A DNA stretch of 26,925 bases. Source: a virus. Its lineage: Duplodnaviria > Caudoviricetes. The notes below the pieces were generated by a model. The model was not told where the DNA came from and did not search any database. It saw only the letters and a list, made by a program, of their open reading frames with translations. The position numbers and the translations under genes are program-made. The stretch is taken from the IMG/VR virus record IMGVR_UViG_3300032212_000123, positions 1 through 26,925 of that record. One strand, 5' to 3'. Of the stretch, positions 1-8,163 are shown one piece after another. Every line of letters begins with the position of its first letter. Positions within the stretch are counted from its first letter, which is position 1.

Positions 1-105
1 ACGGTCGACGAGGCGCGCGAAAGCCTCGCGAAGTCGTTCCTCGAGGTATTCGTCGAGCTGGGCCTCGCTGATCGGAAGGCCCTCGGAGAGGAGGGTTCCC
101 AATGA
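1..105 (+). CDS. 3' end of a hypothetical protein (partial, runs off the left edge)
   Basis: Frame 1 is open from base 1 (TVDEARESLAKSFLEVFVELG...EEGSQ) to TGA 103-105, overlapping the next ATG (ATGA). Codon usage matches the rest of the window. Confidence 0.6.
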   Translation, partial: TVDEARESLAKSFLEVFVELGLADRKALGEEGSQ

Positions 106-314
106 AATCCGCGCACGATGCCGATTTAATCGTCTGGGTTTTGGATTCGGAGGGGGCTCGAGGTTTTGATCCTACGAGTTTTGATAATGCGATTGATGCC
201 CAGCGATATATTGCGAGCCTCGAGCTGGGAACGTCCTTTCTCGTCACCGGAGGGGCTTACTTAGTGAGGAAAAAAGTCGAAATCGAGATCGTCCGATCGG
301 AGGGCTCCCAATGA
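102..314 (+). CDS. small hypothetical protein (paralogue A)
   Basis: GGAGG SD at 90-94, ATGA coupling at both ends, clearly similar to the next ORF. Confidence 0.8.
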   Translation: MKSAHDADLIVWVLDSEGARGFDPTSFDNAIDAQRYIASLELGTSFLVTGGAYLVRKKVEIEIVRSEGSQ

Positions 315-511
315 GTTCCGAGCACAACGCGGCCTATATTGTTTGGGTTATGGATTCGGAGGAGGGTCGAGTCTTCGAGCCTTGGACGTTCAAGACCAAA
401 TCCGAAGCGGCGGAATATATATCGGACCTCTTGCCGGAGACGACCTACCTCGTCACCGCTGGGGCTTATGAGGTCAATAAACGGATCGAGATCGAGGACG
501 GCCTAGGATGA
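311..511 (+). CDS. small hypothetical protein (paralogue B)
   Basis: GGAGG SD at 299-303 and ATGA coupling. Shares IVWV[LM]DSE, F[DE]P, YI, LVT[GA]GAY and EIE with 102..314. Confidence 0.8.
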   Translation: MSSEHNAAYIVWVMDSEEGRVFEPWTFKTKSEAAEYISDLLPETTYLVTAGAYEVNKRIEIEDGLG

Positions 512-615
512 GTTCCCAAAAACGGGCCCCAATGCCCCCGTATTTCTGGTTTCCGATTTTGATCTCCCTCGCGGCGATCGTCCTCTCGATAATGTCCGTA
601 GCGATCTCCTCCTGA
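508..615 (+). CDS. 35-aa single-pass membrane protein (not in the ORF track)
   Basis: ATG 508 overlaps the upstream TGA. Translation MSSQKRAPMPPYFWFPILISLAAIVLSIMSVAISS has a basic N-terminus and a hydrophobic helix, and is followed by a terminator. Confidence 0.6.
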   Translation: MSSQKRAPMPPYFWFPILISLAAIVLSIMSVAISS

Positions 616-632
616 AAGCGAACGCACCCCCC

Positions 633-672
633 GAGCCCGTTTCTCCCCACAAGGAGGACGGGCTCTTTTGTT
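633..672 (+). terminator. rho-independent terminator
   Basis: Stem GAGCCCGT (633-640)/ACGGGCTC (658-665), extended by TCTCC/GGAGG, followed by TTTTGTT. Confidence 0.75.
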
Positions 673-705
673 GCATCCGAGCCCCCGAGAGCGAATCCTT
701 GGGCG

Positions 706-1050
706 ATGAATTCTGAAAAACTAGCGACCGCCGACGGCGGAGCCCCCGAGAAGTCCACAGCCCCAAAAACCTCCACCCCCGCCAAGTCTCCGAAGGCGGA
801 CAAATCTCCGAAGCCCGCTTTTAAGGTCGGCGACGAGGTTATTCTCCGCCTGGTAGCCCAGGGCCCGAGCATGATTCAGCGCCTCGCAAAAGTCACCGCT
901 TACGACAAATCGAAACGTCTCTATTCGGTGAAATGCTCGGAGGGCAAAACTTGGGATCGAATGGCGGCCCTCGCTCCGGACGCTCGGCTTCGGGCTCCGG
1001 GAATCAAGCGGATGCCCGTCGCCGAGAAGCCCAAAGCGTCCAAAAAGTAA
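706..1050 (+). CDS. basic protein with a Lys/Pro/Ser-rich N-terminus and an SH3/Tudor-like barrel
   Basis: FKVGDEV...AKVTAYD...LYSVKCSEG matches the Tudor/KOW-like beta-barrel pattern. Codon usage is typical of the window. Confidence 0.6.
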   Translation: MNSEKLATADGGAPEKSTAPKTSTPAKSPKADKSPKPAFKVGDEVILRLVAQGPSMIQRLAKVTAYDKSKRLYSVKCSEGKTWDRMAALAPDARLRAPGIKRMPVAEKPKASKK

Positions 1051-1059
1051 TCGGAAGCA

Positions 1060-1785
1060 ATGGCAAATCGGAACGACTATTCGATCCCGCTCGCGATCCG
1101 TTACCCCGACGCCGAAATTAGGCGTCTCGCTTTCGTCTTTTCGGACCAGCTCCCTTTTGCCATAGCTTCCGCGCTCACCAAAACCGCCGCGCTTATGGTT
1201 ATGCCAATGCGCGACTCGCTCCGGAAGAACCTCGACGTCCGCTCTCGAGGTCTTCCGGCGGCCGCCTTTTCTCAGCGCCGATCGGTCGTCCGCGCGGAAA
1301 AGAGCGATTTCCCTAAATCGAAAGCCTACCTCGGGGTTCCGGATGACCCGAAATTTCGAGGTAGGTTTCTCCTCGACCATATCCAAGGGGGGACCAGAAC
1401 GAAAAACGAGAGCGGCCACCGTTTCGCAATCCCTACGCGGGGAACAAAGCGAAACGCGAAGGGGCGCCTCGCTCCCTCGAAGTCCCCGAGCGGAATCCTC
1501 GCGAAGTCGAAAGGCTACCTCGACGAGGACGCTCCGGGGGGCGCGATTATCGGGCTCCGCAAGGGCCGCCGCGCGCGCGACCGACGCCAGGTAAAGTTCA
1601 ACCTTCGAGAAAAGGTCGAGATCGTCGAGGTCTGGCCCTTCGAGAAGGACGCCGCAAAGATCTTTAAGAGGGAATACCCCGAGAGATTCCGTTTCCAGCT
1701 CCTCGCGGCCGCTAAATCCGCGAAGAAAAAAACCCGCCGCAAATCTGAAACGAGGGCCGTCCGAGCCTTCCTAAAAACGCTATGA
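1060..1785 (+). CDS. lambda gpZ-like tail completion/neck protein
   Basis: The N-terminal QLPFAIASALTKTA motif and very basic composition are typical of gpZ-like phage proteins. Confidence 0.6.
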   Translation: MANRNDYSIPLAIRYPDAEIRRLAFVFSDQLPFAIASALTKTAALMVMPMRDSLRKNLDVRSRGLPAAAFSQRRSVVRAEKSDFPKSKAYLGVPDDPKFRGRFLLDHIQGGTRTKNESGHRFAIPTRGTKRNAKGRLAPSKSPSGILAKSKGYLDEDAPGGAIIGLRKGRRARDRRQVKFNLREKVEIVEVWPFEKDAAKIFKREYPERFRFQLLAAAKSAKKKTRRKSETRAVRAFLKTL

Positions 1786-3152
1786 AAACCGCCGTCCATT
1801 TCCTCCCCTTCCTTCTCGCCCTTTTACTCGTCGGTCCGACGTTTGCGCCGATCGACCGGTCGCGAGCTCCTACAAACGAACTACCTCCGCCCGCCAGCTT
1901 GGAAGCTTTCGACGAGGCCGCGCTCGTCCTCGTCGCGGGCGGTCTGGACCTGATAGAACTCGCTTCGACGGCCGAATCCTGGACGGCCGCCGAGGTTCGG
2001 GCGGGGCACCGTATCCAGCTCCGCCGGACTAAGGATTTCCTCCGCTATTCGAGAGGGCTCCTCGAGGGCGAGATCGCCGACCGCGCCCCGCCGCACCAAA
2101 CCGACCCCCCAGTCTCAGATCCTCCGCAGGTCGAACCCCCAGCGATTGATCCTACCCCGGGCACTCCGGCCGAATTTTTTTTCGAGAATCCGCCCTTTTT
2201 AGACGGCGCGCCTTACGGCTGGCTCCCGGATCTAACAGAGGACGATCTCGAGGGGGCGGAGCTTCGGGAGTTTTACCGATTAGGCAAAGATCCCGCCGAG
2301 GGGCTCCTGGGCGGATGGAACTCCGACCAGATCGTCCAGCTCCCCGCCGAGTTCTCGAATCGACGGATCGTTTACAACTCCCACAAGGCGCCAACGTGGG
2401 ACGAATGGGGGCCGAAATGGGGGATCCGCGCCTACAATTCGGAGGGGACGATTCGCGACCTCGTCCAGTACCGCGTCGGCGACTTCACCAAGGGCCGCGA
2501 AGGCCACGCGATCTATCTAAATATCGCGGGCGATCTTTTGCTCGAGCGGGTCGAGGCCTACCAATGCGGCGGCCAATTCTTACAGCTCGTTTGGAGGGCG
2601 AAGGAAACCCTTATCGCGCCGGAGGATTTCGACCAAGCCGACCACCTAGTCCGCGTCGTCGATTGCGTCTCCGTCGACAATGGAGCGATTAACTACGGGT
2701 CGGCCGTCCGGGCGAGCTATCCCCTCGCCTTCTACAATCCGGGCCAACGCTTGGAGCTGATTCGATTCAAAGTCCGGACAAAGCTAGAGCCCTTCCAAAC
2801 CTCGAGCGGACTCCGAACTTCGCACGGGGGCGTTTTTGTGGGCCCCGGGCAGGAATACCGCCGATGCGCGTCGGCCTATATCGAGGACCTCGACGTCGAG
2901 GTCTGGGGCTCGGACCGCTCGGAGGTCAAGCTTTGGGCCGTCGACGAGGCGATCCTCCTCCGTCCTCGCATTATCGACCACGGCGGGACGGCGGACGTCG
3001 TAATCGTCGACGATTGCGGGGTCGTAAAAATCATCGAACCGAGGACCGATATCTTCGTCTCGGTAAAGTCGGCCGCGAAGCCTTACTCCGCCCCGATCCA
3101 GACGCATAAGGTCCGCGCGGGCGAGACTTGGACCTTCCGGGGGAATAATTGA
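1782..3152 (+). CDS. exported protein with a Pro-rich linker and putative right-handed beta-helix (pectin-lyase-like) domain
   Basis: Signal peptide MKTAVHFLPFLLALLLVGPTFA, DPP/EPP linker, and beta-helix-like repeats (WGIRAYN..GTIRDL, GHAIYLNIAGDLLLERVEAYQCGGQFLQLV, VRVVDCVSVDNG). Confidence 0.6.
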   Translation: MKTAVHFLPFLLALLLVGPTFAPIDRSRAPTNELPPPASLEAFDEAALVLVAGGLDLIELASTAESWTAAEVRAGHRIQLRRTKDFLRYSRGLLEGEIADRAPPHQTDPPVSDPPQVEPPAIDPTPGTPAEFFFENPPFLDGAPYGWLPDLTEDDLEGAELREFYRLGKDPAEGLLGGWNSDQIVQLPAEFSNRRIVYNSHKAPTWDEWGPKWGIRAYNSEGTIRDLVQYRVGDFTKGREGHAIYLNIAGDLLLERVEAYQCGGQFLQLVWRAKETLIAPEDFDQADHLVRVVDCVSVDNGAINYGSAVRASYPLAFYNPGQRLELIRFKVRTKLEPFQTSSGLRTSHGGVFVGPGQEYRRCASAYIEDLDVEVWGSDRSEVKLWAVDEAILLRPRIIDHGGTADVVIVDDCGVVKIIEPRTDIFVSVKSAAKPYSAPIQTHKVRAGETWTFRGNN

Positions 3153-3436
3153 GCATCCGAGAAGGCGACGAACGCCCCCCCCAGGTCGATCGCCAGCTAT
3201 TCCCGGAGCCCTACGTTCCCCCCGTGATCGTTTGCGACCAATGCCTTCCGCTTGTCGGCCTCGATAAAGCTCTCGAAATCGGGCCGCCTTGGACGCGGAC
3301 TTGCTTTTGCTATGGTTGCCGCTCCATCGTCGAGACCAAAAAGATCTCCTGGATTCGCGGCCTAGATGGAGAAGGCCTTCGGGAATCATTGCTCGGGATC
3401 GCGTGCGCGGATGGAAGCGACGCGGCCCTCGGGTAA
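3149..3436 (+). CDS. small Cys-rich (putative Zn-binding) hypothetical protein
   Basis: TTG start overlaps the upstream TGA. Contains CDQC and CFCYGC motifs. Confidence 0.5.
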   Translation: MSIREGDERPPQVDRQLFPEPYVPPVIVCDQCLPLVGLDKALEIGPPWTRTCFCYGCRSIVETKKISWIRGLDGEGLRESLLGIACADGSDAALG

Positions 3437-3600
3437 GGTTCGCCGTCGGTTTCTTGCTGGATCGACTCGAGGCCCGGGCGCGCCTAGGCGTTCCCGGGCC
3501 GCTCTATTAGCATTTTGGAATGCTCGACCCCCTACTTCCCCGTTTTTAGCTATCGCCCGGGAGCATTGGGTCGCGCCCAGGGTGCCCAGGGGCACCCCGC

Positions 3601-3650
3601 TTTACGGGTCCTTCCGGGGGGGTCGACGTTTGCGGGTGACGCGAGCGCAG
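3601..3650 (+). promoter_or_regulatory. putative cos packaging site (cosQ-like GGGTCCT at 3606-3612)
   Basis: TTTACGGGTCCTTCCGG closely resembles lambda TTTACGGGTCCTTTCCGG and lies just upstream of terS, with a lambda GpA-type terL next. Confidence 0.6.
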
Positions 3651-3720
3651 GAGAAACTTAGCGTCACGGCCTCGTTTTGGGTTGCACCCCGCCAGTAGAT
3701 TCCGGGACTATCCGGTCGAT

Positions 3721-4344
3721 TTGGCGAAACGAACAAGCAATAAAAAGAAGAAAGCGAAGCCGACCGCGCGGCGGGTTTTGGCGTCGCTCTCGCAATACGC
3801 GAAGCATCGAGGATGCTCTCGGACCGCCGTCCAGTCGGCGATAGCGACGGGGAGAATAACGGCGGCCTCGGCCTGGAAAGGGTCGCGGGGATGGTGGGAA
3901 ATCGACGTCGCCGCCGCCGATAAGGAATGGTCCGACCGGACGAATCCGGGGAAACAGCGCAAAAACCACCGAGAGAAGGGCCGCCAGAAGGGGCAGCCCG
4001 AGCTATTCGACACCGATCGCGAGCCCGCGACCGATCCGCCGATTTCTCAGACAGGCCCCAAATCGCCCGATATGGTTAAGGCCGCGCATGAAAAGCTGAC
4101 CTATCAGGGAAAGCTCGCCCGGATCGTCTTCCTCGAGAAATGCGGAGATCTCGCCGACGTCGCCTCGATGCGGACCGAGGCTTTTTCGGTCGCCCGCTTG
4201 ATTCGGGACGCCCTCCTCCGAATTCCCGCGCGCCTGGGACCGGAACTTGCCGGGGAAATCGACGCTCACCGATGCACCGAGCGCGTTTATGAGGAAATCG
4301 AAAGCGCGCTCCAAAAACTGACCGAGGTCGAGGTTCCGGAATGA
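3721..4344 (+). CDS. terS: terminase small subunit (Nu1-like)
   Basis: N-terminal HTH (SLSQYAKHRGCSRTAVQSAIATGRI), C-terminal IRDALLRIPARL helices, ATGA overlap with terL. The start is uncertain (TTG 3682 or TTG 3721). Confidence 0.8.
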   Translation: MAKRTSNKKKKAKPTARRVLASLSQYAKHRGCSRTAVQSAIATGRITAASAWKGSRGWWEIDVAAADKEWSDRTNPGKQRKNHREKGRQKGQPELFDTDREPATDPPISQTGPKSPDMVKAAHEKLTYQGKLARIVFLEKCGDLADVASMRTEAFSVARLIRDALLRIPARLGPELAGEIDAHRCTERVYEEIESALQKLTEVEVPE

Positions 4345-6296
4345 CCGAGACGCTACCGACGGAGGAACCCAAACTCGGTTCGGACGTTTTTCGCGGGGCA
4401 TTTCTGGCGGGCCTCCGTCCCGATCCGCGTTTAACGGTTTCCGAATGGGCCGCCGCCCATCGAGTTCTATCTTCGGTCTCCTCGAATGAGGCGGGCCCTT
4501 GGAGAAACGAGCGGACGCCCTACGCCGTCGAAATAATGGATTCGCTCTCGGCGACTTGCCCCGTCCCCGAGGTCACCTTCCAGAAGGGCGCCCAGGTAGC
4601 GGGAACCGAGATCGGGAATAATTGGATTGGCTATTCGATCCAGCACGACCCCGCCCCGATTCTGTTTATCCAGCCCACGCTCGACCTCGCGAAGCTCACC
4701 TCGAAAACGCGAATCGATCCCATGATCGCGGACGCGCCCGGGCTCCGAGAGCTGGTCGGCGAGTCGCGATCTCGAGATTCCTCAAACGCGATGCTCTCGA
4801 AAAATTTCCCGGGCGGAGCTCTGATTCTCGCCGGAGCGAATTCGCCCTCGGGGCTTCGATCGATGCCCGTCCGAAAACTAATGCTCGACGAGCTGGACGA
4901 ATGGCCCCAAAGCGTCGGCGAGCAAGGCGACCCGGAAAAACTGGCGGAGGCCCGGACCTCGACCTTCCGATCGCGTCGGAAAATCTTCCGCGTCTCGACG
5001 CCGACTATCGAGGGCCGCTCCAAGATTGCCCGGGCCTTCGAACTCTCGGACCGCCGCTTCTACCACGTACCTTGTCCGGAGTGTAAAAAGCTGCAAAAGC
5101 TGGTCTGGAAACAAATCCATTGGGAAAAGGGGGACGCCTCGACGGTTCACTACGTTTGCGAGCATTGCGAGGCGCAAATTCCGGAATGGCAGAAAACTTG
5201 GATGCTCGCCCATGGGAAATGGATCCCGGAGAATCCCGAGCGGTCGCATAAACACCGGGGCTACCACCTCTCCGCGCTCTACTCCCCGTTTGGCTGGTTC
5301 TCCTGGGAAGAGGCCGCCGAGAAATGGATGGCGGCCCACGCGGGCGGCCGATCGAATCCGGACCTCCTCCGCCCCTTCGTTAACGTAATCCTCGGCGAGA
5401 CCTACCAGGAAAAGGGCGAGGCGCCCAATTGGGCGATTCTCTACCGCCGCCGCGAGACCTACTCGCCCCGGAAGGTTCCGGCCGGAGGCCTCGTTCTTAC
5501 GATGGGCGTCGACGTCCAAGCCGACTATCTCCAGGCGGAGGTCGTCGCTTGGGGTCGACGAATGGAATCCTGGTCAATCGAGGCCCCCGTTTTCTCGGGC
5601 GACACCGAAAGCGCCGCGCCTTGGAACGAACTCGAGGAATACGCCGCGCAACACTTCGAACACGAGAGCGGCGCCTCGATTCCGCTTTTGGGAGTCGCGA
5701 TCGATACGGGCTATCGGACGCAGCAGGTTTACCGCTGGATCGCGTCTCGAGGTCGGCCGGATCTATACAAAGCGATTAAGGGAAAATCCGGCCTCTCCCA
5801 ACTGGTAAGCCTCCCCCGTTCCGTCGAGATTACGACCTCCGGAAAACGCCGCCGCGCGGGGGTTAAGCTCTACCTGGTCGGCGTCGACCATGCGAAGCAA
5901 GAGCTTTACGGCTGGCTCCGGCAACCGCCGCCGAACAATCCGGAGATAGAGCCCTATCCCTTTGGGTTCGCTCACTTCCCCGAATATGAGGAGGAATTCT
6001 TCCGACAGCTCACCGCCGAGCAGATTGTCCCGAAGACAGTTAAGGGCTACCGTCGATGGGTGTGGGAACAAACTCGCCCGCGAAACGAGGCCCTCGATTG
6101 CCGCGTTTATAACCGGGCGGTCGCCTCTATGATCGGAGTCGACCGGATGGGCCCGGACCAATGGAACGAACTCGAAGAAAACCTCCACGGGCTATCGGAA
6201 AAGGTCGCCGCGCGCCGCGCCAAAAAGACCAAGCCCAAAGGCCAAGCTAAAAAAACCGGATACCTCGACCGCCGTCGCCGCTCGCGGGGACGCTAA
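4341..6296 (+). CDS. terL: terminase large subunit, lambda GpA family
   Basis: LTVSEWA, GPWRNERTPY, Walker A-like KGAQVAGTE, Walker B LMLDELD, STPT, CPEC/CEHC, GVDVQ nuclease, IDTGY, RNEALDCRVY. Confidence 0.97.
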   Translation: MTETLPTEEPKLGSDVFRGAFLAGLRPDPRLTVSEWAAAHRVLSSVSSNEAGPWRNERTPYAVEIMDSLSATCPVPEVTFQKGAQVAGTEIGNNWIGYSIQHDPAPILFIQPTLDLAKLTSKTRIDPMIADAPGLRELVGESRSRDSSNAMLSKNFPGGALILAGANSPSGLRSMPVRKLMLDELDEWPQSVGEQGDPEKLAEARTSTFRSRRKIFRVSTPTIEGRSKIARAFELSDRRFYHVPCPECKKLQKLVWKQIHWEKGDASTVHYVCEHCEAQIPEWQKTWMLAHGKWIPENPERSHKHRGYHLSALYSPFGWFSWEEAAEKWMAAHAGGRSNPDLLRPFVNVILGETYQEKGEAPNWAILYRRRETYSPRKVPAGGLVLTMGVDVQADYLQAEVVAWGRRMESWSIEAPVFSGDTESAAPWNELEEYAAQHFEHESGASIPLLGVAIDTGYRTQQVYRWIASRGRPDLYKAIKGKSGLSQLVSLPRSVEITTSGKRRRAGVKLYLVGVDHAKQELYGWLRQPPPNNPEIEPYPFGFAHFPEYEEEFFRQLTAEQIVPKTVKGYRRWVWEQTRPRNEALDCRVYNRAVASMIGVDRMGPDQWNELEENLHGLSEKVAARRAKKTKPKGQAKKTGYLDRRRRSRGR

Positions 6297-6300
6297 AACC

Positions 6301-6522
6301 ATGCCTTACACACAGCAAAAACTAGACGACCTCGAGGACGCAATCGCGGAGGGAGTCCTCTCCGTCCAATACGAGGACCGGAAAGTTACTTATCGGAGCG
6401 TCGAGCAAATGGAGGCGATTCGGTCCAAGATGCGACGCGCCCTCGGGCTTACCTCGGGCTCCGGTCGAATCCTCTCGTCGCCGTCCAAATTCGGCCGCAC
6501 TAACGGCCAAGGGCTTTATTAA
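6301..6522 (+). CDS. head-tail adaptor, gpW-like
   Basis: 73 aa between terL and portal, with LDDLEDAIAEGVLSVQYEDRKVTYRS. Confidence 0.9.
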   Translation: MPYTQQKLDDLEDAIAEGVLSVQYEDRKVTYRSVEQMEAIRSKMRRALGLTSGSGRILSSPSKFGRTNGQGLY

Positions 6523-8117
6523 TGGGAATCGCGAACCTACTCGACGAATCGATCCTCGCGGTTTCGCCGACCTGGGCGGACAAGCGACTCCGCGCGCGGA
6601 TGCGCGTCGCGGCCCTCACTTCCGCCGCTGAAAAAGGAACCCGCCGCCGTTCCGGGCGGAGCTTCGACGCGGCCGCAAAGGACCGCCGGACCGCTGGATG
6701 GTATTCCCCCAGCACTTCGGCAAATGCGGAAACCGCCGGACACCTCGCGACAATTCGCAATCGGGGCCGCGAGATGAAACGGAATTCGGCTTGGGCTTCC
6801 AAGGCCGAGCGGGTTCTTACGACCTCGACGATCGGGACCGGATTCCAGCCCAAACCCCGGACGCAAGACGAGGGGCTCGCGAAGGCTTGGCTCGATCTTT
6901 GGGAAGCTTGGAGCGAGGCGACCGACCAGATCGACGCGGACGGGGTTCTCGATTTCGCCGGATTAACCTCGCTCGCCTTCGCGAACGTAGTCGGCTCCGG
7001 GGAGGTTATCGTTCGCCGCCGCCGTCGCCGGAATTCCGACGGGCTGGTCGTCCCCCTCCAAATTCAGCTACTCGAGGCGGACCACCTCGACGAGACCTCG
7101 GACTTTGTAAAAAAACCAGGCGGGGCCCGCGTCGTCCAAGGGGTCGAAATCAACGGCCGAGGGCAGCGCGTCGCCTACCACCTATTTAAGGACCATCCGG
7201 GCGAGCTGATTTCCTCGGGGACGTCGTCCGTCCGCGTCGCCGCTCGAGATATCGCGCACGTTTACCGCGTCGACCGAGTCGGGCAAGCTCGAGGAATCCC
7301 TTGGGGCGCCCCGTGCTACCTACGTCTTAAGGATTACGACGGCTTTATGGACGCCGAAATTCTCCGGCAGGAAATCGCCGCGACTTTCGTCGGCTTCGTC
7401 CACGACGCCGTAGCGCCCGATGAGGCCCCCGGCGGGCTGGGTCGGAGCATGGACGACGAGGACGGCGAGGAGGTCAATCAATTTGAGCCCGGAACTTGGC
7501 GCCGCCTAAATGCTGGCGAAAACATCACGTTTGGAAAACCCGAGGCCTTTTCCGCCCTCGACACTTACTCGGAGCTGACGCTCCGCGAAATCGCCTCTGG
7601 CTACGGGGTCACTTACGAGGCCCTTTCGGGGGATTTCTCGAAAGTAAACTTCACCTCGGGCCGAATGGGGCAGCTCTTGAACCATGCCGAAATCAGAGCT
7701 TGGCGGACTTGTATCGTTATCCCCGGATTTTGTCGGAGGGTCTGGAGATGGTTCTCGGAGGCCGCCGTTCTCGCCGGGGAGTTTACGGAAGAACAAGTCC
7801 TCCAAGCCCGCTGGACGCCCCCCCGCCACGAAATGCTAGACCCCGTCCGCGAGACGAACGCAATTATTGCCCAAGTCCAGGCGGGTCTAATAAGTCTCTC
7901 CGAAGCGGTCCGGATGACGGGACGCTCCCGCGACGAGATCCTCGAGGAATTGGCCCAGGACAAAGCAAAGGCCGAGGGGCTGGACCTTTCTCTTTCGGTT
8001 TTTGAATCGGGATCCGGCTCGTCCGGCCAAGCTTCGAATCGGCTCGAGGCCGAGCCCGAGAAGGACGACGACGAGCCCGAGAAGGACGAGGAAGAGGAGA
8101 CCTCCGAAGATTCCTAG
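6522..8117 (+). CDS. portal protein, lambda family
   Basis: FDAA, R.R....N, LQIQLLEADHL, QGVEING.G..VAYHL, GQARGIPW, YEALSGDFSKVNFTSGR, DPVRE. Acidic C-terminal tail. Confidence 0.96.
   Translation: MGIANLLDESILAVSPTWADKRLRARMRVAALTSAAEKGTRRRSGRSFDAAAKDRRTAGWYSPSTSANAETAGHLATIRNRGREMKRNSAWASKAERVLTTSTIGTGFQPKPRTQDEGLAKAWLDLWEAWSEATDQIDADGVLDFAGLTSLAFANVVGSGEVIVRRRRRRNSDGLVVPLQIQLLEADHLDETSDFVKKPGGARVVQGVEINGRGQRVAYHLFKDHPGELISSGTSSVRVAARDIAHVYRVDRVGQARGIPWGAPCYLRLKDYDGFMDAEILRQEIAATFVGFVHDAVAPDEAPGGLGRSMDDEDGEEVNQFEPGTWRRLNAGENITFGKPEAFSALDTYSELTLREIASGYGVTYEALSGDFSKVNFTSGRMGQLLNHAEIRAWRTCIVIPGFCRRVWRWFSEAAVLAGEFTEEQVLQARWTPPRHEMLDPVRETNAIIAQVQAGLISLSEAVRMTGRSRDEILEELAQDKAKAEGLDLSLSVFESGSGSSGQASNRLEAEPEKDDDEPEKDEEEETSEDS
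8051..8089 (+). repeat. 18-bp direct repeat CGAGCCCGAGAAGGACGA x2 (21-bp period) in the portal acidic tail
   Basis: Copies at 8051-8068 and 8072-8089 encode EPEKDD/EPEKDE. Confidence 0.8.
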
Positions 8118-8163
8118 AAATCTCCCGCTTGACACGCCCCCCGGGTTTCTCTCGTCTGGGGGC

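Noticed and set aside
3289-3698. ORFs 3289..3510 and 3366..3698
   Set aside because: They overlap the Cys-rich ORF and the palindrome/cos region and lack protein-like features.
8129-8157. Sigma70 promoter from TTGACA at 8129
   Set aside because: No credible -10 hexamer at 16-18 bp spacing.
8002-8163. Extended N-terminus of the capsid fusion ORF
   Set aside because: Overlaps the portal 3' end with Arg/Pro-rich junk. GTG 8164 is the more plausible start.
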